22,503 bases of DNA from a virus. Taxonomy: Duplodnaviria > Heunggongvirae > Uroviricota > Caudoviricetes. The stretch is taken from the IMG/VR virus record IMGVR_UViG_2698536485_000016, positions 1 to 22,503 of that record; one strand, given 5' to 3'. Shown in pieces: positions 8,852-18,392 of the stretch; position 1 is the stretch's first letter; the number at the start of each line of letters is the position of its first letter. Both the position numbers and the translations under genes were made by a program. The notes beneath the pieces were generated by a model. The model was not told the origin of the DNA, did not search any database, and saw nothing but the letters and a program-made list of their open reading frames with translations.

Positions 8852-10123
8852 ATGCCTAACAATCTCGACAGTAACGTCAGTCAAATCGTTCTGAAAAAAT
8901 TCCTTCCGGGTTTTATGTCAGATTTAGTTCTGGCGAAAACCGTAGACCGTCAGTTGCTGGCAGGTGAAATCAACTCCAGCACTGGCGATAGCGTTAGCTT
9001 TAAACGTCCGCATCAATTCTCATCCCTCCGTACTCCCACTGGTGATATTTCAGGGCAAAATAAAAACAACCTGATCTCAGGTAAAGCTACGGGGCGTGTA
9101 GGTAACTACATCACTGTTGCTGTTGAATATCAGCAACTGGAGGAAGCGATCAAGCTTAACCAACTGGAAGAAATTCTCGCGCCGGTTCGCCAGCGAATCG
9201 TTACCGACCTTGAAACAGAGCTTGCTCACTTCATGATGAATAACGGTGCGTTGTCACTTGGTAGCCCCAATACTCCAATCACCAAATGGTCTGATGTTGC
9301 GCAGACGGCATCTTTCCTGAAAGACCTCGGCGTTAATGAAGGTGAAAACTATGCTGTAATGGATCCATGGTCTGCACAGCGACTTGCTGATGCGCAGACT
9401 GGTTTGCATGCTTCAGATCAATTGGTTCGTACTGCATGGGAGAACGCACAGATCCCAACCAATTTTGGCGGCATTCGCGCACTGATGTCTAATGGGCTTG
9501 CCTCTCGTACGCAGGGGGCATTTGGCGGAACACTGACAGTCAAAACACAGCCAACTGTTACCTATAACGCAGTTAAAGACTCATACCAGTTCACTGTAAC
9601 ATTGACCGGAGCGACAACCAGCGTTACAGGTTTCCTGAAAGCTGGTGATCAGGTTAAATTCACCAATACCTACTGGCTGCAACAGCAGACCAAACAGGCG
9701 TTGTATAACGGAGCCACACCAATTAGCTTCACTGCAACGGTTACTGCTGATGCTAATTCAGACAGCAGTGGCGATGTGACGGTTACGCTTTCTGGTGTTC
9801 CGATTTATGACACTACAAACCCGCAGTACAACTCTGTAAGTCGTCAGGTAGCGGCAGGTGATGCCGTATCTGTAGTAGGCACTGCTAGCCAGACAATGAA
9901 GCCAAACCTGTTCTATAACAAGTTCTTCTGTGGACTTGGCTCTATCCCACTGCCGAAACTGCACAGTATTGATTCTGCTGTTGCAACATATGAAGGTTTC
10001 TCCATCCGCGTACATAAATACGCAGATGGCGATGCCAACGTGCAAAAAATGCGCTTTGACTTACTGCCTGCATATGTGTGCTTTAACCCTCACATGGGCG
10101 GTCAGTTCTTCGGTAATCCGTAA
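8852..10123 (+). CDS. Major capsid (coat) protein, Sf6 gp5-like
   Basis: 423-aa ORF after the scaffold gene, good SD (aaggaaaagataaATG), followed by a strong intrinsic terminator as is typical for coat genes. Confidence 0.85.
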   Translation: MPNNLDSNVSQIVLKKFLPGFMSDLVLAKTVDRQLLAGEINSSTGDSVSFKRPHQFSSLRTPTGDISGQNKNNLISGKATGRVGNYITVAVEYQQLEEAIKLNQLEEILAPVRQRIVTDLETELAHFMMNNGALSLGSPNTPITKWSDVAQTASFLKDLGVNEGENYAVMDPWSAQRLADAQTGLHASDQLVRTAWENAQIPTNFGGIRALMSNGLASRTQGAFGGTLTVKTQPTVTYNAVKDSYQFTVTLTGATTSVTGFLKAGDQVKFTNTYWLQQQTKQALYNGATPISFTATVTADANSDSSGDVTVTLSGVPIYDTTNPQYNSVSRQVAAGDAVSVVGTASQTMKPNLFYNKFFCGLGSIPLPKLHSIDSAVATYEGFSIRVHKYADGDANVQKMRFDLLPAYVCFNPHMGGQFFGNP

Positions 10124-10127
10124 TAAC

Positions 10128-10155
10128 AAGGGGCTTACGCCCCTTTTATGTTTTA
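10128..10155 (+). terminator. Intrinsic terminator or attenuator after the coat gene
   Basis: Hairpin aaggggc-ttac-gcccctt (10128-10145) followed by TTATGTTTT. Confidence 0.6.
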
Positions 10156-10165
10156 AGGAAACAAT

Positions 10166-10351
10166 ATGGATCGCATGAGTGTATTCCTTGCCGCAGATAA
10201 CGAATCCGGGCATGTACAGGCCGTTATCGCAGAAAAAGACTTCCAGTTTTTCGAAAAGTTGGGCTTTGTTGCCTCAGTTGATGAATTGAAACCGACCAGT
10301 AAGCGAGGTCGTAAGGCGGCAGACAATGGCAACAGTACTGACAAAGGGTGA
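10166..10351 (+). CDS. Hypothetical small protein (61 aa)
   Basis: ORF with SD (aaggaaacaatATG) just after the coat terminator; its 3' end overlaps the start of the gp4-like gene by 26 nt; no recognised family. Confidence 0.4.
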   Translation: MDRMSVFLAADNESGHVQAVIAEKDFQFFEKLGFVASVDELKPTSKRGRKAADNGNSTDKG

Positions 10352-10808
10352 GATCGTCCTTTTTGCGCTTCGTAAGTTTGCTATTGCTTCTAATGCATCG
10401 CTGACTGATGTTGAGCCGCAATCAATTGAAGATGGTGTAAATGATCTGGAAGATATGATGTCCGAGTGGATGATTAACCCCGGCGAGATTGGTTACGCTT
10501 TCGCAACTGGAGATGAGCAGCCATTACCAGATGATGAGTCAGGTCTTCCAAGAAAATACAAACACGCAGTAGGCTATCAGTTATTGCTGAGAATGCTATC
10601 TGATTACAGCCTTGAGCCAACTCCGCAAGTTCTCAGTAACGCCCAACGCTCATATGATGCCTTGATGACCGACACTCTGGTTGTTCCTTCAATGCGACGA
10701 CGTGGAGATTTTCCTGTAGGGCAGGGTAATAAATATGACGTGTTCACATCTGACCGATATTATCCAGGCGATCTTCCTCTGATTGATGGCGATATCCCAA
10801 ACGCATAG
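10326..10808 (+). CDS. Head-to-tail adaptor / tail accessory factor (P22 gp4-like)
   Basis: 160 aa; N-terminal region (TKGEIVLFALRKFAIASNASLTDVEPQS) resembles P22 gp4 as I recall it; conserved position after coat. Confidence 0.8.
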   Translation: MATVLTKGEIVLFALRKFAIASNASLTDVEPQSIEDGVNDLEDMMSEWMINPGEIGYAFATGDEQPLPDDESGLPRKYKHAVGYQLLLRMLSDYSLEPTPQVLSNAQRSYDALMTDTLVVPSMRRRGDFPVGQGNKYDVFTSDRYYPGDLPLIDGDIPNA

Positions 10809-10816
10809 GTGAATAA

Positions 10817-12235
10817 ATGCCTATTCAGCAACTTCCGCTTATGAAAGGTGTCGGCAAAGACTTTAGAAACGCCGACTATATCGACTATCTGCCAGTGAAT
10901 ATGTTGGCTACACCCAAAGAAATCCTGAACAGCAGCGGATATCTTCGCTCATTCCCGGGCATTGCCAAACGTTCTGATGTGAACGGCGTATCGCGCGGAG
11001 TTGAGTACAACATGGCGCAGAGTGCTGTTTATCGCGTGTGTGGCGGCAAGCTGTACAAAGGAGAAAGTGAAGTCGGTGATGTTGCCGGAAGTGGTCGTGT
11101 ATCAATGGCGCATGGTCGGACATCTCAGGCTGTAGGCGTTAATGGCCAACTGGTCGAGTATCGTTATGATGGCACGGTTAAAACAGTCTCAAACTGGCCT
11201 ACAGACAGCGGATTCACGCAGTATGAGTTAGGTTCTGTTCGTGACATTACGCGCTTACGCGGGCGTTATGCGTGGTCAAAAGACGGCACTGATTCATGGT
11301 TTATCACTGACCTTGAAGACGAATCGCATCCTGACCGCTACAGCGCACAATATCGCGCAGAATCGCAGCCGGACGGTATCCTCGGCATCGGCACATGGCG
11401 AGACTTCATCGTCTGCTTTGGTTCATCGACGATTGAATATTTCTCCCTGACTGGTGCAACCACCGTTGGTGCAGCTTTGTATGTCGCACAGCCATCACTG
11501 ATGGTGCAAAAAGGCATCGCCGGGACTTACTGCAAAACGCCATTCGCTGATTCTTATGCGTTCATCAGCAATCCGGCAACTGGTGCGCCGTCTGTGTATA
11601 TCATCGGCTCCGGGCAGGTATCACCAATCGCCAGCGCGAGCATTGAGAAAATCCTCCGCTCCTACACTGCTGATGAACTGGCTGATGGCGTGATGGAATC
11701 GTTGCGGTTTGATGCTCATGAGTTGCTGATTATCCATCTTCCGCGCCATGTCCTCGTATACGACGCATCTTCAAGCGCCAATGGTCCGCAATGGTGTGTA
11801 CTGAAAACAGGTCTGTATGACGATGTGTACCGCGCTATCGACTTCATTTACGAAGGCAATCAGATAACGTGCGGCGATAAGCTGGAATCCGTGACCGGGA
11901 AATTGCAGTTCGACATCAGCAGCCAGTACGACAAGCAACAGGAACACCTGCTGTTTACTCCGTTGTTCAAAGCGGATAACGCCAGATGCTTCGATCTGGA
12001 GGTGGAATCATCCACTGGCGTAGCTCAGTACGCCGACCGCCTGTTCCTCTCTGCAACCACTGACGGCATAAATTACGGACGTGAGCAGATGATTGAACAG
12101 AATGAACCGTTCGTTTACGACAAACGCGTTTTGTGGAAGCGAGTAGGGCGCATCAGGAAAAATGTCGGCTTCAAATTGCGCGTTATCACGAAGTCACCTG
12201 TCACTCTGTCTGGCTGCCAGATAAGGATTGAGTAA
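10817..12235 (+). CDS. Tail hub / tail accessory factor (P22 gp10-like)
   Basis: 472-aa ORF, the same length as P22 gp10 by my recollection, in the conserved position between the gp4-like and needle genes. Confidence 0.8.
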   Translation: MPIQQLPLMKGVGKDFRNADYIDYLPVNMLATPKEILNSSGYLRSFPGIAKRSDVNGVSRGVEYNMAQSAVYRVCGGKLYKGESEVGDVAGSGRVSMAHGRTSQAVGVNGQLVEYRYDGTVKTVSNWPTDSGFTQYELGSVRDITRLRGRYAWSKDGTDSWFITDLEDESHPDRYSAQYRAESQPDGILGIGTWRDFIVCFGSSTIEYFSLTGATTVGAALYVAQPSLMVQKGIAGTYCKTPFADSYAFISNPATGAPSVYIIGSGQVSPIASASIEKILRSYTADELADGVMESLRFDAHELLIIHLPRHVLVYDASSSANGPQWCVLKTGLYDDVYRAIDFIYEGNQITCGDKLESVTGKLQFDISSQYDKQQEHLLFTPLFKADNARCFDLEVESSTGVAQYADRLFLSATTDGINYGREQMIEQNEPFVYDKRVLWKRVGRIRKNVGFKLRVITKSPVTLSGCQIRIE

Positions 12236-12936
12236 TGGCGGATTCGAATCTCAATGTGCCGGTAATCATCCAAGCTACGCGGCCCGATACATCAGTCCTT
12301 CCACGCAATATCTTCTCGCAGTCGTATCTGCTTTACGTTATCGCACAGGGCACTGATGTTGGTAACGTGGCTAACAAGGCCAACGAGGCCGGACAGGGCG
12401 CTTATGATGCACAGGTCAGGAACGATGAGCAGGATGTTATTCTGGTCGATCACGAAGAAAGAATTCGTCAGCTCCGCATCGACGTAGACGACCATGAAAT
12501 CCGTATTACTGCAAATACCAATGCAATCGCGTCGCTGGATGTCAGACTAACCACGGCTGAAGGTGAAATAGTCACCTTGCAGGCTGATGTCAGTGCTCTT
12601 GATGGTAGAGTGACGGAGGCTGAAGGAAATATTTCTGCATTGCAGGACGATTACGTATCGAAAACAGCAACAGCAACACAATCGCTGGCATCCCCCCTCA
12701 ACGTAACAACATCCTATTCAGTCGGCGGCACCAAGGTTATCGGTGCTCGCCAGACAGGATGGACAGCGGCAACCGGAACGGCACTCCTCGGCGCATTCAA
12801 CGCTAACCAGTCATACACTGTCGGCACTACGTACACGCAATCCGAAGTCTCAGCACTCGCTACAGGTTTGCAGCAGGCGCGGCAGCGTATTCTGGCGCTT
12901 GAAACGGCACTTAGATTACATGGGCTGATTGACTGA
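12235..12936 (+). CDS. Tail needle / plug protein (P22 gp26-like)
   Basis: 233 aa; conserved N-terminus ([37 protein letters not shown]) and heptad-repeat coiled-coil core; start overlaps the upstream stop (TAATG). Confidence 0.9.
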   Translation: MADSNLNVPVIIQATRPDTSVLPRNIFSQSYLLYVIAQGTDVGNVANKANEAGQGAYDAQVRNDEQDVILVDHEERIRQLRIDVDDHEIRITANTNAIASLDVRLTTAEGEIVTLQADVSALDGRVTEAEGNISALQDDYVSKTATATQSLASPLNVTTSYSVGGTKVIGARQTGWTAATGTALLGAFNANQSYTVGTTYTQSEVSALATGLQQARQRILALETALRLHGLID

Positions 12937-13391
12937 TGATTACATTCAAACCAACGCGAAACATCGACCTGATCGAAGCAGTAGGAAATCACCCTGACAT
13001 CATCGCCGGGAGCAACAACGGTGATGGATACGACTACAAACCTGATTGCAGTTACTTTGAGGTGAACGTGCACGGTCAGTTTGGCGGCATTGTTTACTAT
13101 CAGGAGATTCAGCCGCTGACCTTCGATTGCCACGCCATGTACCTGCCAGAGATTCGCGGCTTCAGCAAGGAAATCGGGCTGGCGTTCTGGCGATACATTC
13201 TGACTAACACCACCGTTCAGTGCGTCACATCGTTCGCTGCACGCAAATTCCGCCACGGTCAGATGTATTGCGCAATGATTGGCCTTAAGCGTGTAGGAAC
13301 CATCAAGAAATACTTCAAAGGCGTGGATGACGTGACGTTTTACAGCGCCACACGCGAAGAACTAATCGACTTCCTGAATCACGGGAGATAG
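12936..13391 (+). CDS. gp14-like virion assembly / infectivity protein
   Basis: 151-aa ORF in the position of P22 gene 14 between the needle and ejection-protein genes; start overlaps the upstream stop (TGATG). Confidence 0.6.
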   Translation: MITFKPTRNIDLIEAVGNHPDIIAGSNNGDGYDYKPDCSYFEVNVHGQFGGIVYYQEIQPLTFDCHAMYLPEIRGFSKEIGLAFWRYILTNTTVQCVTSFAARKFRHGQMYCAMIGLKRVGTIKKYFKGVDDVTFYSATREELIDFLNHGR

Positions 13392-13393
13392 CC

Positions 13394-14086
13394 ATGTTAT
13401 ATGCATTTAAGCTGGGCAGAAAACTGCGCGGCGAGGAACCTTATTGCCCTGAAAAAGGCGGGAAAGGTGGTAGCTCTGATAAAAGCGCAAAGTATGCAGC
13501 AGAAGCCCAGAAGTATGCCGCAGACCTGCAAAATCAGCAGTGGCAGACGATCATGAAAAACCTTGCTCCGTTCACGCCGCTTGCGGAGCAGTATGTTAAA
13601 CAGCTTCAGAATCTTTCCAGTTTAGAAGGTCAGGGGCAGGCACTTAATCAGTATTACAATTCTCAGCAGTATAAAGACCTTGCAGGTCAGGCTCGTTACC
13701 AGAGTCTTGCTGCTGCGGAGGCGACTGGCGGACTTGGTTCGACAGCTACAAGCAATCAACTTGCTACGATTGCTCCGACTCTCGGTCAGTCGTGGTTATC
13801 AAACCAGATGAGCAATTACAACAATCTGGCAAACGTTGGGCTTGGTGCGCTGCAAGGTCAGGCAAACGCTGGGCAGACATACGCCAACAACATGAGCAGC
13901 ATTGCACAGCAAAGTGCAGCACTTGCCGCTGCTAATGCCAATAAACCATCAAGTCTTCAGACTGCAATTAGCGGTGGCACGTCTGGTGCGATTGCCGGTG
14001 CAGGTCTTGCCAGTCTTTTGGGAACATCAACGCCTTGGGGCGCTGGCATTGGTGCTGGTATCGGATTGCTTGGCTCGTTGTTTTAA
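13394..14086 (+). CDS. Ejection (DNA-transfer) protein, P22 gp7-like
   Basis: 230 aa; Gly/Ala/Gln-rich C-terminal half ending in a hydrophobic segment; first of the three ejection-protein genes. Confidence 0.75.
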   Translation: MLYAFKLGRKLRGEEPYCPEKGGKGGSSDKSAKYAAEAQKYAADLQNQQWQTIMKNLAPFTPLAEQYVKQLQNLSSLEGQGQALNQYYNSQQYKDLAGQARYQSLAAAEATGGLGSTATSNQLATIAPTLGQSWLSNQMSNYNNLANVGLGALQGQANAGQTYANNMSSIAQQSAALAAANANKPSSLQTAISGGTSGAIAGAGLASLLGTSTPWGAGIGAGIGLLGSLF

Positions 14087-14095
14087 GGGGTAATC

Positions 14096-15391
14096 ATGGC
14101 TACTTGGCAAGGAACAAACGGCGGATTGTTGGCTGGTATCGGCGGCGTCAACTCAAACGCTCCGAGCGTAAATGACATCGGCAATACGCTTCAGCTTATC
14201 AGGCAGAACAATGATATTGAGCGTTCAGGCGCTAACAATGTTGGGCTGACTGCTTTGCAAGGCCTTTCAGGTATTGCAGGGGTGTTTCAGCAGGAAAAGC
14301 AGGCTCAGCGGCAGAAAGAATTTCAGCAGGCGTACGCTAATGCTTATGCGTCTGGTGATCGCGGTGCTTTGCGTCAGTTGGCTACTCAATATCCAGACCA
14401 GATTGAATCCGTTCGTAAAGGCATGGGATTCATTGATGAAGACCAGCGTAATTCTATCGGCACCTTAGCGGCTGGTGCACGCCTTGCGTCATCGTCTCCA
14501 GAAGCAATGCAATCATGGCTGCAAAACAACGCCAAGGAACTGACTCGCGTCGGTGTTGACCCTAACAGCGTTGCTCAGATGTATCAGCAGAACCCTTCAG
14601 GATTTGGTGAGTTTGTTGATCACCTTGGAATGACCGCGCTTGGTCCGATTGATTACTTCAATGTTCAGGACAAGATGGCTGGTCGTGAGATTGACCGAGG
14701 CAGGCTGGCAGAGACAATCCGCAGCAATCAGGCCGGAGAAGCACTAACAGCTCGAGGTCAGGACATCCAGATACGTGGACAGAACATCAGCGCACAGAAT
14801 GCTGCTCTTTCCCGCGAAATACAAAGAGCAGAATTACAAGAAAAGGCTCTGGACAGACAGATAGCCAGAGAAAGCAATCAGTTAAAGCTTGAAGAGCTAA
14901 AACAGAAACAGGCAGATGTTAGGCAAAAGGCTGACATAGCCCGCGCTGACAGGCAGGCCGCCGCTCAGGGTGCAGTTGATACGTTCAGCACCGCGCTTGA
15001 TTCTCTCAACGAGATAGAGCAAAGCCCCGGCCTTTCAAAAGCAGTAGGAATTCGCTCAGCGTTTCCGACAGTTCCTGGCTCTGATGCGGCTAACTTTGAA
15101 GCAAGGCTCGACACCTTTAAAGCTCAAACATTCCTTCCTATGGTGCAGTCCCTTAAGGGGATGGGTGCTCTTTCAGATGCTGAGGGTAAAAAATTATCCG
15201 ATGCGGTTGGTGCCCTAAGCCCCAAAATGAGTGAAAAGGCTTTTCGTGACTCTATCGGAAAGATTAGAAATCAGCTTGAAAGCAAGTTGAGCACTGTTAA
15301 AAAACAGTTTGATTATCAGGAGCCGGTTCAGAATATGCCAGGGCAACAATCTACTACTGGCAGTAACTTTTCTTCACTATGGGGTGATTAA
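14096..15391 (+). CDS. Ejection (DNA-transfer) protein, P22 gp20-like
   Basis: 431-aa ORF, second of three consecutive internal virion protein genes; Gln-rich with coiled-coil-like stretch. Confidence 0.7.
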   Translation: MATWQGTNGGLLAGIGGVNSNAPSVNDIGNTLQLIRQNNDIERSGANNVGLTALQGLSGIAGVFQQEKQAQRQKEFQQAYANAYASGDRGALRQLATQYPDQIESVRKGMGFIDEDQRNSIGTLAAGARLASSSPEAMQSWLQNNAKELTRVGVDPNSVAQMYQQNPSGFGEFVDHLGMTALGPIDYFNVQDKMAGREIDRGRLAETIRSNQAGEALTARGQDIQIRGQNISAQNAALSREIQRAELQEKALDRQIARESNQLKLEELKQKQADVRQKADIARADRQAAAQGAVDTFSTALDSLNEIEQSPGLSKAVGIRSAFPTVPGSDAANFEARLDTFKAQTFLPMVQSLKGMGALSDAEGKKLSDAVGALSPKMSEKAFRDSIGKIRNQLESKLSTVKKQFDYQEPVQNMPGQQSTTGSNFSSLWGD

Positions 15392-17388
15392 TGGCTAAAG
15401 CATGGAAAGATGTTATCGCCTCTCCACAGTATCAGGCGTTAGCACCAGAACAAAAAGCGCAGGCTCAGGAGCAATACTTCAATGAAGTCGTGGCCCCGCA
15501 AGCCGGAGAAAATGCAGAGCAGGCTAAGCAAGCTTTCTATGCTGCCTATCCATTGCCATCTGTGCAGCAAGTGGAGACACAGCAACCAGTTGCACAGCAA
15601 CAACCACAGCAAAGTGGATTTATGTCTGATCTTGGCGAAGCAGTAAAAGAGACTGGTCGCGGACTGGTGCAGGCTGGCGTGAACGTGGCAAACATACCTG
15701 CATCAGTTGCCGATGCTGTAACAAGCGCGGCGGCTTGGGCTGGCGGTAAACTCGGCATTGGCGATGGTACATATCAACCAGCGCCACGAGTAACAACGCA
15801 GGGATTAGAGCAGGACTTTGGCCTTCGGCAAGGTGCGCTGACTCCACAAACGACAGAGGGAAGGGTATTTGCTGAAGCATTGCCTTACCTCACACCTGCT
15901 GGCGTTGAGAGAGCGGCGGTACAGGCACCAACACTTGCTGGTCGAATTGCTCAGGGGGCAACTCGCCTTCTAGCAGAAAACGCAGTTGGATCACTTGCTG
16001 CAAATAGTGCGAAAGATGATGCGGAAGCACTCGCCACCGATTTAGGCGTTGGTGTACTTGCTGGCGGTGCTATTAACGCTGCTGGACGTGGATTAGGTGC
16101 TGCTTATCGTGGCGTTCGTGGTGCTATCACGCCAGAAGCGCAGCAGGCTATCAGATTTGCAGAGCGTGAAGGAGTTCCTCTGCACACCACAGACCTGTTA
16201 CAACCCACTTCCCGCGTCGGAAAAATGGCGCAGACTACAGCAGAAAATATCCCTCTGGCTGGCACAAGCGGAATGAGAGCAACGCAACAGGAAGCGAGAA
16301 GCCAGTTGGTGCAGAGATTTGCTGATAAATTTGGTGAGTATGATCCAGCGGTTGTTATTGACAGCCTTAAAGCGAAAACATCAGGAATTCGTCGTGCTGC
16401 CGGTAATCGACTGGAGCAGGTTCAGAATGCTATGGCTGGAGTAAACATTCAACCTGCGCGAGCAATTCAGCAGATTGATACAGAAATATCTAACCTGCAG
16501 AAGCTTGGTAAGGTTGCTGATAACGAGACTATTTCAAAACTTCAGTCATATCGTGATGAGCTTGTTCGCAATGCTGGTCCTGATGGTCCGGTCAATCTGG
16601 ATTTGAAGCAATTAAGCGATCTGCGCAGCCAGTTCAGAATGGACGTGAAGGGTGAGCGACCAGTGTTACCAAACCGTTCCGATGCTGCCATTCAGCGAGT
16701 TTACAAGGCGATGACCGACGATATCAATGGTGCCATTGGTCAGAATCTTGGCAATGATACTCTTCGTAAATATCAGCAGGCCAATGCCGTCTACGCTGAC
16801 GAAGCGGCGAAACTAAAGAATACCAGGCTGAAGAATGTTCTCATGAAAGGCGACCTGACGCCGGAAGTTGTCAACAACATGCTATTCAGCAAGAACAAAT
16901 CGGAAATTAAGACTCTGTATAACTCAGTTGGTCGTGTTGGCAGGGCGCAAATGCGCAATGGCATCATTGGAAAGGCGATGGAGAAATCAGGTGGTTCCCC
17001 TGACCAGTTCCTTCGGCAACTTAACATCCTGCAAAACCAGACTGGCATCACATTTAAAGGTCAGGAAGCCGCTTATCTGAAAGGATTGAAAAACTACCTG
17101 CAATCCACGCAACAGGCTGCAAAAGCAGCAGTAACAACACCAACAGGGCAGCAAACCATCCCGTTCATTATCGGATATGGGACGGCAATGAACCCGGCGA
17201 CAACTGGCGCAGCGGTAAGCTACGGACTTCTTACTCGCGCCTATGAGAGCGAGCCATTCAGAAATGCAATGCTCCGAATGGCAAACACCCCACGCGGATC
17301 AACAGCGTTTGAGAAAGCCATGCAGCAGGCGCAAAAGGCCATTAACGCCATTACTCAGGGGGCTAAGTCTGATGCGTTGTCAGAATAG
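15391..17388 (+). CDS. Ejection (DNA-transfer) protein, P22 gp16-like
   Basis: 665-aa ORF, third ejection-protein gene, start overlapping the upstream stop (TAATG); Gln-rich N-terminal region. Confidence 0.7.
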   Translation: MAKAWKDVIASPQYQALAPEQKAQAQEQYFNEVVAPQAGENAEQAKQAFYAAYPLPSVQQVETQQPVAQQQPQQSGFMSDLGEAVKETGRGLVQAGVNVANIPASVADAVTSAAAWAGGKLGIGDGTYQPAPRVTTQGLEQDFGLRQGALTPQTTEGRVFAEALPYLTPAGVERAAVQAPTLAGRIAQGATRLLAENAVGSLAANSAKDDAEALATDLGVGVLAGGAINAAGRGLGAAYRGVRGAITPEAQQAIRFAEREGVPLHTTDLLQPTSRVGKMAQTTAENIPLAGTSGMRATQQEARSQLVQRFADKFGEYDPAVVIDSLKAKTSGIRRAAGNRLEQVQNAMAGVNIQPARAIQQIDTEISNLQKLGKVADNETISKLQSYRDELVRNAGPDGPVNLDLKQLSDLRSQFRMDVKGERPVLPNRSDAAIQRVYKAMTDDINGAIGQNLGNDTLRKYQQANAVYADEAAKLKNTRLKNVLMKGDLTPEVVNNMLFSKNKSEIKTLYNSVGRVGRAQMRNGIIGKAMEKSGGSPDQFLRQLNILQNQTGITFKGQEAAYLKGLKNYLQSTQQAAKAAVTTPTGQQTIPFIIGYGTAMNPATTGAAVSYGLLTRAYESEPFRNAMLRMANTPRGSTAFEKAMQQAQKAINAITQGAKSDALSE

Positions 17389-17477
17389 CTTCGCAAACAC
17401 CAGGAACGTGCAAAAACCAAATATGTAGAACGCAATATTCAGCATATCTCTGTGCATAAATCCTCCGTAACGGATGG

Positions 17478-17738
17478 TTATCTGCTGTCTTTTTTATATA
17501 GCTTCTTGAGCGTATCAAAGACAATTTTCTTAACCATATCAGATTGTTGTTCTGCCATACGCTCTGCATCGTCAATGTAAACTGATGCAGAGCTTTGTTT
17601 ATCCAATGATTCCTCAATCGCTGCAATTATCTCTGAGTTCAGCGACCTGTTATTCATCTTCGCACGCTGCTTAATTTTCGCGTGGAGTTCATGCGGAAGT
17701 CTCAAGTGAAACTGCGCCTCGTCGTATTTGCTGTACAT
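17478..17738 (-). CDS. mnt: Mnt-like repressor (ribbon-helix-helix, Arc/MetJ superfamily)
   Basis: Translation (FHLRLPHELHAKIKQRAKMNNRSLNSEII...DAERMAEQQSDMVKKIVFDTLKKLYKK) aligns along its length with P22 Mnt as I remember it. ATG at 17738 chosen (SD GGTGAGG upstream); an upstream ATG at 17771 is possible. Confidence 0.8.
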   Translation of the reverse strand: MYSKYDEAQFHLRLPHELHAKIKQRAKMNNRSLNSEIIAAIEESLDKQSSASVYIDDAERMAEQQSDMVKKIVFDTLKKLYKKDSR

Positions 17739-17869
17739 CCTTGATGCCTCACCAGTTGGGTGGAATGGCATCGTAACCTACTGGATAAATACTCAATAAT
17801 ACCATTTTGGTATGCAATCACATCATGGTTGCATCATATCATTCGTCTGGAGCAATGAAATGTCAGATA

Positions 17870-18370
17870 TCACCTACTCAACAGATGGTCAGCAACCATG
17901 TTTGCTGCCTTATAAGCTATAGCAGCTTCATCAATGGTGTTGAATCTCCCAAGGGTTATGTTTTTACCTGAGACATTTATCTGAGCTTGCCATTGATTTC
18001 TGGCTTGACAGAAAGTTACCCCCTTGATCCCAGCATTGCTATTTCGAGGTCCGACATTTAATGCATTTACGACTCTGCTGACATCCCTAAGGTTTGAGAT
18101 TGCGTTATTTCTTCTGTTTCTATCAATGTGGTCAATCTCTTGTTTGGGCCATTCGCCATATACATACAGCCAGGCAAGTCTATGTGCAAAATATCTTACG
18201 CCATCAATATTAATTGCGTTATATCCATAAGAAATTGTGCCAGCAACTTTCCCAACAGCACCTCTGGCGCTTAATTTCTTTTTCCAAGTGAAAATTCCTG
18301 TTTCTTTATTGTAATCGAGAACCTCCATAAGGCGCTCCCGAGTTACTACCTCGTGACGTCTCTTACTCAT
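17870..18370 (-). CDS. HNH endonuclease with C-terminal AP2-type DNA-binding domain (homing-endonuclease-like)
   Basis: HNH_3-like motif ([38 protein letters not shown]) followed by an AP2-like segment (GIKGVTF...WQAQI...[22 protein letters not shown]). ATG at 18370 with strong SD (GGAG, 6-nt spacer) chosen over the TTG start at 18412 in the ORF track. Confidence 0.85.
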   Translation of the reverse strand: MSKRRHEVVTRERLMEVLDYNKETGIFTWKKKLSARGAVGKVAGTISYGYNAINIDGVRYFAHRLAWLYVYGEWPKQEIDHIDRNRRNNAISNLRDVSRVVNALNVGPRNSNAGIKGVTFCQARNQWQAQINVSGKNITLGRFNTIDEAAIAYKAANMVADHLLSR

Positions 18371-18392
18371 TATTTTCTCCGGAATGTTTATT

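Noticed and set aside
12714-13256. 180-aa ORF on the minus strand overlapping the needle and gp14-like genes
   Set aside because: Entirely antisense to two well-supported, homology-backed structural genes in a tightly packed operon; no convincing RBS; typical spurious frame.
17440-17500. Possible terminator between the convergent gp16-like and mnt genes
   Set aside because: Only a 4-bp stem (tccg-taa-cgga) with a bulged extension, and the T-run at 17489-17495 lies about 12 nt away; too weak to call.
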